IMG/VR virus record: IMGVR_UViG_3300020471_002176
Span: 1-63,771 of that record
Length of the DNA: 63,771 nucleotides
Strand: one strand, 5' to 3'
Source of the DNA: a virus
Taxonomy: Duplodnaviria > Caudoviricetes
Below are positions 41,855 to 51,178 of this stretch, piece by piece (the stretch's first letter is position 1; every line of letters begins with the position of its first letter). The notes beneath the pieces are model-generated. The model was not told where the DNA came from. It saw nothing but the letters and a program-made list of their open reading frames with translations, and did not search any database. A program made the position numbers and the translations under genes.

Positions 41855-42060
41855 GCGGCCTCAAGAAAGACGTCAGGGTCGTGATATTGGACTATCCGTT
41901 TGGCAAGCCGCTAAATGTGACTGGTCACATTGTGGGTATACTTCCTGGAGACAGGTACAATGTCTTAATTGAGCACGGACTTCACGCAGGTCAGATTAAG
42001 AGCTACAAATACTGGAAACTACAGGTCATCAAGGACGACCAGCAAGGCCCAAATTGCTAG
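41851..42060 (+). CDS. Small SH3-like hypothetical protein
   Basis: ATGA-coupled to dnaK; beta-rich pattern. Confidence 0.45.
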   Translation: MSGLKKDVRVVILDYPFGKPLNVTGHIVGILPGDRYNVLIEHGLHAGQIKSYKYWKLQVIKDDQQGPNC

Positions 42061-42254
42061 AAGAAATAAGAGAGGTGATGCTGAGAACGTCTTCTGGTAA
42101 TTTTGTTGTACTGGAGCTAGTTCGACACAACAAGTTTGTCTCAATATCATTCGGCGATAAGAGGATAGACATTGACGCTGATAGTGCGTTTGATTTAGCC
42201 GACGCGTTGACGATGATTTCGAGCGATATTTTTTTAGAAATGGAATGGAAATAA
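42054..42254 (+). CDS. Hypothetical protein
   Basis: Coupled ORF. Confidence 0.4.
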   Translation: MLEEIREVMLRTSSGNFVVLELVRHNKFVSISFGDKRIDIDADSAFDLADALTMISSDIFLEMEWK

Positions 42255-42255
42255 G

Positions 42256-42540
42256 ATGGATGATGAGTTTGAGGAAAGAAGGGGCCCTGGCGTGAAGTGG
42301 CAAATGCTGGCACGAAGAGGGACACAGGTCATATCAGGTTATACAGTAGATAACTTGGACAAAAAGACCATAGAAGAGGCAGATAGCCGTTTTGAGCTAA
42401 TTTTCATAGAGTCGAGGAGGGTACTGCAGCAGTGCGCTTCCATGTGCCTAGATAACGAATATGAGCGCTTAAATGTATGCCAAAAGTTAGCCAGGGCTCT
42501 GGACAGATCCCTTGGGAGGAGGCAAAATAATGACAAGTGA
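42256..42540 (+). CDS. Hypothetical protein
   Basis: Coupled ORF. Confidence 0.45.
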   Translation: MDDEFEERRGPGVKWQMLARRGTQVISGYTVDNLDKKTIEEADSRFELIFIESRRVLQQCASMCLDNEYERLNVCQKLARALDRSLGRRQNNDK

Positions 42541-42802
42541 ATCTTCCGAAATCCTTCGAGGAGAATCAGTTATTGCCACACAGGACTACGACTTGTTTGG
42601 TAATAATGTTAATAATTGTCTGGGCATTTTCCTAAAAATCGACTCTCAGACAAATAAATCGTTAATTTATTTTCCTGAATTTGAAGAGTGGGCAGAGCTC
42701 ACACCTAGTCAATTTAAGAGAGAGGCTCCTGGTCGTATACCAAAAGAGAACAAAGAGTTCATTTCGAGGGTTAAAACTCTGGAGTATTCCTACGCACTAT
42801 GA
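42530..42802 (+). CDS. Hypothetical protein
   Basis: ATG after GGAGG SD. Confidence 0.45.
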   Translation: MTSESSEILRGESVIATQDYDLFGNNVNNCLGIFLKIDSQTNKSLIYFPEFEEWAELTPSQFKREAPGRIPKENKEFISRVKTLEYSYAL

Positions 42803-42987
42803 AATCAGAGCATGTTAAAGTCAACACCTTGTATTTCTCAAAAAGATTTAATTGCTATGGTATGTGCCTAGCGAAAGCCAGGTACATGGCCTATTTATTA
42901 TTCTCTGAAAATAACAAATCAGCATTTAGTGGTTGGTATCATTGCCAGGAGATAGAAAAAAGTCATAAAAAATTTGACAACTCTTGA
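42799..42987 (+). CDS. Hypothetical protein
   Basis: ATGA-coupled ORF. Confidence 0.4.
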   Translation: MKSEHVKVNTLYFSKRFNCYGMCLAKARYMAYLLFSENNKSAFSGWYHCQEIEKSHKKFDNS

Positions 42988-43002
42988 TTTTTGGCGTATA
43001 AT
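42974..43002 (+). promoter_or_regulatory. Perfect-consensus sigma70 promoter
   Basis: TTGACA-N17-TATAAT. Confidence 0.85.
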
Positions 43003-43032
43003 TTAAGTAGGTTAAAAAATAAGGATCACAAA

Positions 43033-43206
43033 ATGAAGGCTGGAGATTTAGTGTCCCACAAGAAATCAAGCAAATTTGCAGTAGTGGTGGAAACAACAGA
43101 AACTGCCCTTTTTCGCCGCACCGACTCTTTGGTTAAAGTCTTGTTTGTCGGCTGCACAAAACCAAGATATGTGCTGGAGAACTCCCTGAAAGTGTTAAAT
43201 AAATGA
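43033..43206 (+). CDS. KVGDLV-family small protein
   Basis: MKAGDLVSH; SD AAGGA. Confidence 0.6.
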   Translation: MKAGDLVSHKKSSKFAVVVETTETALFRRTDSLVKVLFVGCTKPRYVLENSLKVLNK

Positions 43207-43841
43207 TCGAGCAAATAGAGTTAGTCCACGAACGCTGCCAGAGCCTCGACGGACCCCCTAGAGATATTGAATTTCTATCATCAATCAAGCAGTATTATAA
43301 ATCAAAGGGATCCCTGTCACCGGGCCAAACCCGGTGGTTTGAGTCTCTGAAAGAAAAGTATTCTCAATCTGCTGTGGAACAACATCAGATTTGGAATTTG
43401 CAGTTTTCTGACTTCCATCGCGAGACTGCTATCAACGTTGCCCACTACTATAGGCAAACGCAGTATTATCAAGCATTAGTCAGCAAAGTTTTTGCAGATG
43501 TTGAGAATTTTACACTTTCTCAGCGAGAGTGGAATAGGTTCTGTGAAAATAAGTATGCTCTGAAGGTTAGAAACGAGTACGAAAAAGAGCTTCGATTCAA
43601 AATTGGTGACGCCATACAAATTAGGGCCTCAAATAAAGTTCGAGAGGCTAATTACAATAGCGATGGTCGTAGCCCTTCCCTTGGGCGCTTGGTTAACCGC
43701 GTTGGGTTTGTTATCAAGACTGATGCGAAAAAGATAACAAAAGCAAGAAAAGGATCCAGGGTGTATCAGGTGCTTTTGATCGGTGATACTTCACCAATTT
43801 ATGCTCACGAAGCTGACTTAAAGAAGGCAAAGAAAGTATGA
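43203..43841 (+). CDS. Hypothetical protein with a C-terminal KIGD-type SH3-like domain
   Basis: FKIGDAIQIR...VGFVI...YQVL. Confidence 0.5.
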   Translation: MIEQIELVHERCQSLDGPPRDIEFLSSIKQYYKSKGSLSPGQTRWFESLKEKYSQSAVEQHQIWNLQFSDFHRETAINVAHYYRQTQYYQALVSKVFADVENFTLSQREWNRFCENKYALKVRNEYEKELRFKIGDAIQIRASNKVREANYNSDGRSPSLGRLVNRVGFVIKTDAKKITKARKGSRVYQVLLIGDTSPIYAHEADLKKAKKV

Positions 43842-44203
43842 TAAAGTGTATTTCTTTTTTCTACAAAAACCAGAGAGTTGTGGTGAAAGCTGACTCTAGA
43901 GGCTTGTTTCGGGTACCCGTTTCTTACGTCAGGGATGCCTCGATTAAAACAGAATACAGAAATCTTAGGGCGATGCAAATAATCAAACACAAAATAATTA
44001 GAGATTGTGATCCTGTTATCACTCTCCAATCAGGAGAAAAGGTCCGAGTCTTTCAGGGTGGCGACCCGAGTTATTTACCCGCGATGTCAGAGGGTATCTT
44101 ACAAAAGCATGATGATGCAAACAAAAGTAAGACTTCCTTTGTCAAACAAACTACTTTCTATGATTTAGACGACTGGGGAGCGATGCTTGGATACTCAGAT
44201 TAA
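43838..44203 (+). CDS. Hypothetical protein
   Basis: ATGA-coupled ORF. Confidence 0.4.
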   Translation: MIKCISFFYKNQRVVVKADSRGLFRVPVSYVRDASIKTEYRNLRAMQIIKHKIIRDCDPVITLQSGEKVRVFQGGDPSYLPAMSEGILQKHDDANKSKTSFVKQTTFYDLDDWGAMLGYSD

Positions 44204-44411
44204 AATCGGAGACTTGGTCTGGGTCGTACCTGGACACAGATCCCTTACTGGGTGCCCGGAAACGCTGCTTTCAAAGGGCATAGTGATGTCCTCAGTTGGT
44301 GAAGACTGGTATAGGGTTTATCGTTCTTTCGGGAGGGAAAAGACTGACATTTCGGATTTTCCGTATTGGATGCTGAAGAGGGTAGAACAAAAAAGTTATG
44401 AAGGCGGGTGA
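44187..44411 (+). CDS. KVGDLV-family small protein
   Basis: IKIGDLVWV...KGIV; 14-nt overlap with the next gene. Confidence 0.55.
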   Translation: MDTQIKIGDLVWVVPGHRSLTGCPETLLSKGIVMSSVGEDWYRVYRSFGREKTDISDFPYWMLKRVEQKSYEGG

Positions 44412-44595
44412 TTTAGTGATTCTTTCGCAGCGTGCACGTCGGATGGAAACATACCCAACGCGCGTTGAAGATGTTGGCATGATCTACGGGACACCTTTCT
44501 TTTGTTCATATACAGTAATCTGGTCGTCCGATCTGAAAATATCAGTAAATATAGATGAAAGAGACTTGGAGCGCGTCAGTGCAAAAAAACAATAA
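44398..44595 (+). CDS. KVGDLV-family small protein
   Basis: MKAGDLVIL. Confidence 0.6.
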   Translation: MKAGDLVILSQRARRMETYPTRVEDVGMIYGTPFFCSYTVIWSSDLKISVNIDERDLERVSAKKQ

Positions 44596-44848
44596 ACCTG
44601 TTGAGATTGGTGATTTGGTTAGATGTTGCCACCGCAACACCCCAGAGTATGGCAAAACCGGAATCGTTTTAGATAGGATACACTATGTGGAACCTCTGGT
44701 CGTTGATGGCAGCCACCCTGACTCCTATAGCTGTAGGGTTCTCTTCGAAGAAGGCGAAAGGATGTACCGCGCCCGCTGGCTAGAGGTCGTATCAAGAAAA
44801 GTAAAGGAGGATCATAAATTGAAACATGAATACAAGACAGATATTTGA
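44579..44848 (+). CDS. KVGDLV-family small protein
   Basis: VEIGDLVRC...TGIVL; GTG start inferred. Confidence 0.55.
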   Translation: MQKNNKPVEIGDLVRCCHRNTPEYGKTGIVLDRIHYVEPLVVDGSHPDSYSCRVLFEEGERMYRARWLEVVSRKVKEDHKLKHEYKTDI

Positions 44849-45053
44849 CATAGGCGATCTCGTGAAGATATGCCACCCAGTCAACAAGGCGGGGGTAGTG
44901 CTTGAGACAAAACTGATCTCAGAGAGGACACATCCCCATGACCACGCCTGGCACCCAGATGAATATAGGTGCAAAATTCAATACTTAAATTCAAGAGCAA
45001 CTACTTGGGTTAGGGCAAAAATGCTTGTTCATTTATCAAAAATAAATCAATAA
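44826..45053 (+). CDS. KVGDLV-family small protein
   Basis: FDIGDLVKI...AGVVL. Confidence 0.55.
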   Translation: MNTRQIFDIGDLVKICHPVNKAGVVLETKLISERTHPHDHAWHPDEYRCKIQYLNSRATTWVRAKMLVHLSKINQ

Positions 45054-45058
45054 TATCA

Positions 45059-45087
45059 TTGACTTAACAAACAATTTCTGATAACAT
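45059..45087 (+). promoter_or_regulatory. sigma70-type promoter
   Basis: TTGACT-N17-TAACAT. Confidence 0.6.
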
Positions 45088-45121
45088 GTAGATACACAAA
45101 ATAAAGAAAGGCTATTTTATA

Positions 45122-45970
45122 GTGAGTTATAACGGAACAGTACACTGCAGCTATTGTGGAAAAAGAGGACACAATCGTTTGGGTTGCCCAGAGAGAAGAA
45201 AGAAAGCCCTTTCGGATCCAGATAGTTATATCGGCAGGCAGTATGCCCGCGAGCAGGAAAAGAGGCAAAGGCAGATTGCAAATCGAGTCTGCTCTTACTG
45301 CAAGCAACCCGGCCATAACCGCCGCGGCTGCGCCCTGTTGAAAGAGGATATACAATTAGTAAAAAATAGACAAAAAGAGTACATTGATGAGTTCACTCAG
45401 TCATTGTCCTCAAAGGGGTTCGGCCCCGGTACTTTGGTCAAGGTGCCGCAAGGCAACCCCAATGACCCTTGGTCAAGGGGTTATTTGGGTATGATTGACT
45501 CCATTCAATGGGAAAATGTGGACTTCCTGGCACAAGACGAAGACCCCAGTCGTTCTTGGCAGGGCAAGGAGCGCACTCTCGCCAGAGCTAGGGTTGTCTC
45601 GACTTTCGGATACGAGAATCTTGACGATAACTATTGGAATAGGCCGCCTGCATTTAATGATAAAGTGAATATCTCCCTGATTCAGTTAAGTGATATTTTT
45701 CGAAACTTGTTTTTTGCGGACGCAGATTTCCGTGATGGGGCACATTCGACTTTGCAAATTGTCGGCACAACAAAAACGCAACTTTCAGTCCCCCAAAAAG
45801 CCCCAGAGATAACTTCCTATCTTGAAGACCGGTTTCGTTTTCGCCCTGGACCCAGGGCAGACGCCTATGACAAAGAGAGGCAAGCCTTGTGGCTAAGTTG
45901 TTGGTCGAAAATTAGACAGGAAGAATACGAGAAGCACTCCTCGGAAAGATCTGAAAAACGTGGCTGGTAA
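45122..45970 (+). CDS. Protein with two CCHC zinc knuckles
   Basis: CSYCGKRGHNRLGC and CSYCKQPGHNRRGC. Confidence 0.75.
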   Translation: MSYNGTVHCSYCGKRGHNRLGCPERRKKALSDPDSYIGRQYAREQEKRQRQIANRVCSYCKQPGHNRRGCALLKEDIQLVKNRQKEYIDEFTQSLSSKGFGPGTLVKVPQGNPNDPWSRGYLGMIDSIQWENVDFLAQDEDPSRSWQGKERTLARARVVSTFGYENLDDNYWNRPPAFNDKVNISLIQLSDIFRNLFFADADFRDGAHSTLQIVGTTKTQLSVPQKAPEITSYLEDRFRFRPGPRADAYDKERQALWLSCWSKIRQEEYEKHSSERSEKRGW

Positions 45971-45992
45971 ACCAAAAAACAACAATAATTAC

Positions 45993-46021
45993 TTGACTTT
46001 ACAGCAACTTTTAGATATAAT
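45993..46021 (+). promoter_or_regulatory. sigma70-type promoter
   Basis: TTGACT-N17-TATAAT. Confidence 0.8.
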
Positions 46022-46129
46022 AGAAGAACAAAATATAAAAATAGATAATTTGAAGCCCCGAATTTGGGGCTTCAAAAGAGAAGACTTGAAGCATATCCTG
46101 TCAGAAATTTTAGAAAAGGCAAAAGATAA

Positions 46130-46711
46130 ATGTCGCAAAAACTATTGAACAATGTCTATCGAATGAATAACGCGGAGCTGATTGGCTTGGCCAAAAACTC
46201 CTTCCTCCCAGGTGAACTGCAATTAGCCATTGCCAAGACTGGATATCGACGAGGTCACGAGTACCTCGCAGCGAATGTAGGCTTAAGCAGAGAAGCAAGA
46301 GACTTCTTGTGGTCGGATGAGTGCAACAGGGGATATTCGCTAAAAGCGCTGATGTTATCGTACGGCCAGTTTTCAGATGGAAGTAAATACTGGGAATTTT
46401 ACAAGCGATACCCAAATGCTTGGAGTCGTTCATTCTGGCGTATGGCCGACGCATTTTTCGGCTCATATTGGCATCATAATGGCGCGGGTTCGCACACCCC
46501 CTCTGACCTGTTAAACGAGATTTATGACACTATCTTCCACAAGGCGCAGAGCATCGGCAGGAACGACATGCACTACCACAGAAACCATGGCTTATACCGT
46601 CTCGCGCGCCACCCGAATGTGGATCTTAAATTAGCAATTAAGCTATCGCAGTCAGGTGATGAGCGCAGCCAGAAGCTTGGATTTGATAAAATCGTCGAAT
46701 TATCAAGATAA
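46130..46711 (+). CDS. Hypothetical helical-repeat-like protein
   Basis: LAKNS.LP, LAANVGL, LARHPNV units. Confidence 0.5.
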   Translation: MSQKLLNNVYRMNNAELIGLAKNSFLPGELQLAIAKTGYRRGHEYLAANVGLSREARDFLWSDECNRGYSLKALMLSYGQFSDGSKYWEFYKRYPNAWSRSFWRMADAFFGSYWHHNGAGSHTPSDLLNEIYDTIFHKAQSIGRNDMHYHRNHGLYRLARHPNVDLKLAIKLSQSGDERSQKLGFDKIVELSR

Positions 46712-46740
46712 ATTTTCTTTGAAACTATTAAAATTATATC

Positions 46741-46769
46741 TTGACTTTGGGGTCTAGATATGGCATACT
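46741..46769 (+). promoter_or_regulatory. sigma70-type promoter
   Basis: TTGACT-N17-CATACT with a TG extension. Confidence 0.6.
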
Positions 46770-46817
46770 TATTAAAGATGGAAAACAATTACTGCATAAC
46801 AACAAGGAGATTTTTCA

Positions 46818-47891
46818 ATGGCAGTTGATTTCAGAACTTTTTCGGATATTGTTTCTTTTGTTACCGACGTGCGAAAGCCAGTGCTTTTACGCGGCCGACA
46901 TGGCATCGGCAAATCTACAGTTGTGTACGATTTCGCCAGAAGCAAGGGGCTTGAGGTTGTTGAGCGTAGGGCTTCGCAGATGACAGAGGGCGACCTCGTG
47001 GGTCTTCCTGTGATCTCTGACAACAGTACAACTTTCAATCCGCCAGATTGGTTCAAGAAGGCATGTGATAGTCCTGTTATCTTGTTTCTCGACGAGGTAG
47101 ATCGAGCCACATTGGAAGTTCGTCAGGGTATTTTCGAGCTTACGGATTCTCGCAAGCTAAATGGCCATATTCTGCATGAGGGTACACTTGTTTTCGCCGC
47201 AGTTAACGGTGGGGAGCACGGCTCACAATATCAGGTTGGTGAGATGGACCCAGCAGAACTCGACCGTTGGACCGTGTTTGACATCGAACCCTCAGTTGAG
47301 GACTGGTTAGACTGGGCTAAAGACAGCAACGTGTCTGATGTTACCTGGGATTTTATCAACCAAAATAGAACCCACCTTGAGCATAAGGATGATTATGAGC
47401 CAAACAAGGTATATCCTTCTCGCCGCTCCTGGGAACGTCTAGATCAGTGTCTTCAGAGCGGCTCCATGCTCTCGGATGATAACCTCAGCTCCAGCCCAAG
47501 GTTGTATAATCTAGCTTCTGCTTTTGTTGGGTTTGAGGCAGCAGTTTCCTTCAATGATTTTGTTGGAAATTACGACAGGCAAGTCACTGTTGAGGATATT
47601 CTGGTCAAGGGTTCCTTCGAGAAGGTCGCTGATTTCGGCATCAATGATCACACAGCGTTAATTGATAAGTTTGAGGCTGCTGAATCCTTCAAAGAAGAAC
47701 TAGAACAAGCCCAAATCAACAACTTGGCTAGGTATTTTGTGATGCTCCCTTCAGAAGTTGCTATGAAGTTGTGGTCTGTTCTCGGCAATGGCGCTTTGAA
47801 TAACACGATCAAATTACATCAGTCAGAGGTTGATGGCAGTTCGGTTTCAGAGTTCTTGGTTACAATCTTGGCTGGTGATACGGAGAAATAA
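46818..47891 (+). CDS. MoxR-like AAA+ ATPase
   Basis: GRHGIGKS, LFLDEVDRA, AAVN, MDPAELDRW, PSRRSW. Confidence 0.88.
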   Translation: MAVDFRTFSDIVSFVTDVRKPVLLRGRHGIGKSTVVYDFARSKGLEVVERRASQMTEGDLVGLPVISDNSTTFNPPDWFKKACDSPVILFLDEVDRATLEVRQGIFELTDSRKLNGHILHEGTLVFAAVNGGEHGSQYQVGEMDPAELDRWTVFDIEPSVEDWLDWAKDSNVSDVTWDFINQNRTHLEHKDDYEPNKVYPSRRSWERLDQCLQSGSMLSDDNLSSSPRLYNLASAFVGFEAAVSFNDFVGNYDRQVTVEDILVKGSFEKVADFGINDHTALIDKFEAAESFKEELEQAQINNLARYFVMLPSEVAMKLWSVLGNGALNNTIKLHQSEVDGSSVSEFLVTILAGDTEK

Positions 47892-47895
47892 GAGT

Positions 47896-49158
47896 ATGAG
47901 CACTGAGTATGATGCACAAAACAACAACTTTGACCTAAATTTGCACACGGCTAGACTGCTGATGGATGAGCCGTTTTTTGCATCTATCAGTAGGAGGATA
48001 GATAAACGCGCCTCATATTCAGTGCCGACCGCCGGAGTTATGGTGAACCCTGAAACTGGGCAATTTGAGATGCTCTATAATCCAGGCTTCTTTGCAAAGC
48101 TTACCGATGCCGAGCGCAGAGACGTGTTGAAGCATGAATATTACCACATCATCTTTCTTCATGTTACTGACAGGCTACCAGAAGGGGTGAATCCTCGTCT
48201 TTGGAATGTGGCTACGGACTTGGCCATCAATTCACACTTACACAATCTGCCAGCAGGAGGACTTATTCCTGGGGTGCATCCTTTCGACAACCTCCCTAGG
48301 GGCCAGTCAGCAGAGTGGTATTTGGCAAACTTGCCATCGTTTCAGGGTGGCGGTGATGATGCTCCAGAGCCCTCATCGGGTCAAGGTCAGGGCGAGTCAG
48401 GATCGGGTGACTCCTCGAACAAGGGAGGAGACAAGGAAGACGGCGATAGTAAATCGGATGATGGCATCCCCGACTCCCTCGACGATCACAGCGGCTGGGG
48501 CAACTGCAGCCAAGAAGTAAAGGATATGGCTAAAGAGAGATTAAAGGAGATCGTCAGGAAGTCTGCTGAGGAATGTGCACAGCGTAACTCCTGGGGTACT
48601 GTTTCTGCAGATGCTCGTGTGAAGATCATGAAGGTTCTCGAAACAAAGGTCGATTGGAAGAAAGTCTTGCGCTTTTTTGTCAAAGCAAGTCAGAAGGCGA
48701 ACAAGTCGTCCTCGATCAAGAGAATTAACAGGAGGTATGCTTATGTCCACCCTGGCCGCAAATCCAACAGAGTTGCAAAGATCGCGGTTTCGATTGACCA
48801 ATCAGGCTCCGTCAGCGACGCGATGCTTGCTAAGTTTTTCGCTGAATTGAACAAATTGGCCGAGGTAGCGGAGTTTACGGTGATTCCTTTTGATACTCGT
48901 GTCGATGAAAGTTTAATCTGGACATGGAAGAAAGGCTCCAAGGCTGGGCAAGAGAGGGTGATGTATGGTGGAACCTGTTTTGATGCCCCTACGGAATATG
49001 TAAACAAGAAAGGCGGCTTTGATGGTCACATTATTTTAACAGATATGTGCGCACCAAAACCCAAGCCAAGCAAATGTCAGCGCATGTGGATGACGACACC
49101 GGAACATGCCCGGAGACCCTATTTTGAGACCAAAGAAAGAACAGTCGTGGTTGATTGA
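47896..49158 (+). CDS. Metallopeptidase-like (HExxH) plus vWA-like domain protein (DUF2201 type)
   Basis: LKHEYYH, WNVATDLAIN, IDQSGSV, GGT.F, ILTD. Confidence 0.85.
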   Translation: MSTEYDAQNNNFDLNLHTARLLMDEPFFASISRRIDKRASYSVPTAGVMVNPETGQFEMLYNPGFFAKLTDAERRDVLKHEYYHIIFLHVTDRLPEGVNPRLWNVATDLAINSHLHNLPAGGLIPGVHPFDNLPRGQSAEWYLANLPSFQGGGDDAPEPSSGQGQGESGSGDSSNKGGDKEDGDSKSDDGIPDSLDDHSGWGNCSQEVKDMAKERLKEIVRKSAEECAQRNSWGTVSADARVKIMKVLETKVDWKKVLRFFVKASQKANKSSSIKRINRRYAYVHPGRKSNRVAKIAVSIDQSGSVSDAMLAKFFAELNKLAEVAEFTVIPFDTRVDESLIWTWKKGSKAGQERVMYGGTCFDAPTEYVNKKGGFDGHIILTDMCAPKPKPSKCQRMWMTTPEHARRPYFETKERTVVVD

Positions 49159-49161
49159 AAT

Positions 49162-49413
49162 CCATAGCGGTTAGGTATGGTGTCGGTTGGTCAAACTTGC
49201 ACACAGCACCCAGCACACAACCTTGGTGCATAGTGGTGCCATGAGCAAGCAACCGGCGGATTCTTGGAAATTATAATAGGATTGGCGCGATTGTCTATAA
49301 CCGCGTCCGTGTTCTTGACGGGCCTTCGGAGAGTGGGACGAGAGAGAAAGAAAATAAAATAAGACATAGGCTGGCGAAAGTCAAGGCGGTGAGGACAGCC
49401 TGACCCAAGAATC
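49162..49413 (+). ncRNA. Candidate structured RNA
   Basis: About 250 nt non-coding stretch with several nested complementary segments (see findings). Confidence 0.4.
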
Positions 49414-49424
49414 TAGGAGGCAAA

Positions 49425-49523
49425 ATGCAGGATATATTACATTGGGAGTATATCTGGAAGCTATTGATAGCGCTTCCGACTATTTTTATTTTTCTTTTGG
49501 TGTTTTTAGTTGTGGATGAATAA
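49425..49523 (+). CDS. Small TM peptide
   Basis: AGGAGG SD; MQDILHWEYIWKLLIALPTIFIFLLVFLVVDE. Confidence 0.5.
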   Translation: MQDILHWEYIWKLLIALPTIFIFLLVFLVVDE

Positions 49524-49608
49524 TTAAAATAGGTGCGTAAATTCTTGCGCACGCTTCACACACAGAGGGTACTAACTTGGGGTAATAACAGGGGTTTTTT
49601 TTGGTTTT

Positions 49609-50028
49609 TTGTATGCTAACTTCCTAGATTGGGGGGTTCATATTTTGCTGCATAAACCAAAAGGTCGATCTCGCTTCAAGTTTCACTGGAAACACCACGC
49701 AGTTGCAAGAAAGAATAAGAATCACGACCCTGATTATAAGCTTAAAATATGGCAAAACGAAACTTATCTAACAGCACTCGGAATAGCTTTGCATATACCT
49801 TTGATTTTCGTTTGGCCTGCTTTCGCGTTGACGGCTATATTTTATGGTCTTGTATATATGGTCCTTCATAGGATGACACATACTTACGTGGATTTTTTCA
49901 AAAAATGGATGCCTTGGCATTACGAACATCACATGGGCAAAAACCAGAATAAAAACTGGTGTGTTATTTGTCCTCTTATGGACCATATAATGGGAACGCG
50001 AGAAAAATGGCTCGACAAAGCTAATTAG
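49609..50028 (+). CDS. Fatty acid hydroxylase / sterol desaturase superfamily protein
   Basis: His boxes HILLH, HWKHH, HRMTH, HYEHH and NW...MDHIMGT; start uncertain. Confidence 0.75.
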   Translation: MYANFLDWGVHILLHKPKGRSRFKFHWKHHAVARKNKNHDPDYKLKIWQNETYLTALGIALHIPLIFVWPAFALTAIFYGLVYMVLHRMTHTYVDFFKKWMPWHYEHHMGKNQNKNWCVICPLMDHIMGTREKWLDKAN

Positions 50029-50031
50029 ATT

Positions 50032-50238
50032 ATGTCTTTGGAAGTAGGAGATCTTGTCGCCTGTTATGTGACAAACACTAGCGAATACGAATCCCTTATG
50101 AGCTGGGGTGTAGTCTTAGACACCAATACTGTTGGTGACGTGCTAGTTGTTGATAACGCCGGGTACACTCGCTGGTGGCCACCGTCACGTTGGAGAATCT
50201 TGAACAAAAAAGAACCAAAACCTCTTGACAAAAACTAG
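50032..50238 (+). CDS. KVGDLV-family small protein
   Basis: LEVGDLVAC...WGVVL. Confidence 0.55.
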   Translation: MSLEVGDLVACYVTNTSEYESLMSWGVVLDTNTVGDVLVVDNAGYTRWWPPSRWRILNKKEPKPLDKN

Positions 50239-50253
50239 AAAATAGTATATTAT
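50225..50253 (+). promoter_or_regulatory. sigma70-type promoter
   Basis: TTGACA-N17-TATTAT. Confidence 0.7.
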
Positions 50254-50287
50254 TATAATAATGACAATCACGAAAGAAAGGTCTCAA

Positions 50288-50662
50288 ATGGGCTATAGAT
50301 CAGAAGTTTGTATTGGATTGACGGACGCAGCCAGTCGTTTGTTTCGAACGATGGTGGAGCACATGCCACCAGGGCATGAGGTTCATCAGCTACTAAGGGA
50401 TGCTCAATCAAATTTACACAACACTCCGTGGACAAACCAACACAAGGCGCCAAACGTCGATTGTGAAGACAAGATGTACTGGGAATATGTAAAGTGGTAT
50501 GAAGGCTACGAATGTGTAGACTTCATTGAAAACTTCCTTTCAGAGTGTATCCCCGAAGATGATTACAGGTTTATACGCATCGGGGAAGAAAGTGACGACG
50601 TTGAAGAGAGGGGTGAATTCTTCGATGCGGACATATATGTAACGAGGTCGATTTCATGGTGA
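50288..50662 (+). CDS. Phage hypothetical protein
   Basis: MGYRSEV...VKWY...FIRIGEESDDVEERG. Confidence 0.6.
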   Translation: MGYRSEVCIGLTDAASRLFRTMVEHMPPGHEVHQLLRDAQSNLHNTPWTNQHKAPNVDCEDKMYWEYVKWYEGYECVDFIENFLSECIPEDDYRFIRIGEESDDVEERGEFFDADIYVTRSISW

Positions 50663-50985
50663 CTCTAGGCTCTCTGGTGAAAGAAGACTGCAGCATTGCG
50701 TCGAAGGCCCGCGTGGGTACGGTTGTCAAAGTTACAACGATCCCGTTGCATAATAATTATCAATGGCGCTCGGAAGTAGAGCGTTGGGTTTCCTACAATA
50801 ACCGAGCGGGAAATGAACAACCAGACATGAACATGTGTTACGTCATTCGCCCAGGAAAAGTGGCGACTGTAAGGTGGCAGAATGATTCTACAGATCGATC
50901 AGTACACATATTTTATGACGACTGCAATGGTCACTCTTTCTATAGTTATGGTAGCAACGGGGTGGAGGTCTTGAATGGAGACTGA
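50656..50985 (+). CDS. KVGDLV-family-like protein
   Basis: VTLGSLVK...VGTVV...VRW...VEVL. Confidence 0.45.
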   Translation: MVTLGSLVKEDCSIASKARVGTVVKVTTIPLHNNYQWRSEVERWVSYNNRAGNEQPDMNMCYVIRPGKVATVRWQNDSTDRSVHIFYDDCNGHSFYSYGSNGVEVLNGD

Positions 50986-51178
50986 AGGCATGTTGATGTG
51001 GCTGTTTATCTCTGTTGTCGGTGTGTTTATACTCATGAGGCTGTCTTCGCTTGCGGAGCAAACTAGACTGAACAGTTTACAGGAAGATCTCATGAGAGAG
51101 ACAGTTCGGCGTCTGGTGCAAAAAAGAAAGCTTGATGAGCTTTATGGCAGAGGAGATGATGAAAATGAAAGTCGGTGA
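50975..51178 (+). CDS. Small membrane protein ending in the cassette junction (ENESR*)
   Basis: N-terminal TM helix; 3' end ATGAAAGTCGGTGA. Confidence 0.55.
   Translation: METEGMLMWLFISVVGVFILMRLSSLAEQTRLNSLQEDLMRETVRRLVQKRKLDELYGRGDDENESR

Noticed and set aside
45960-46148. 62-aa ORF
   Set aside because: It spans a consensus promoter and a hairpin, so it is more likely intergenic; not excluded entirely.
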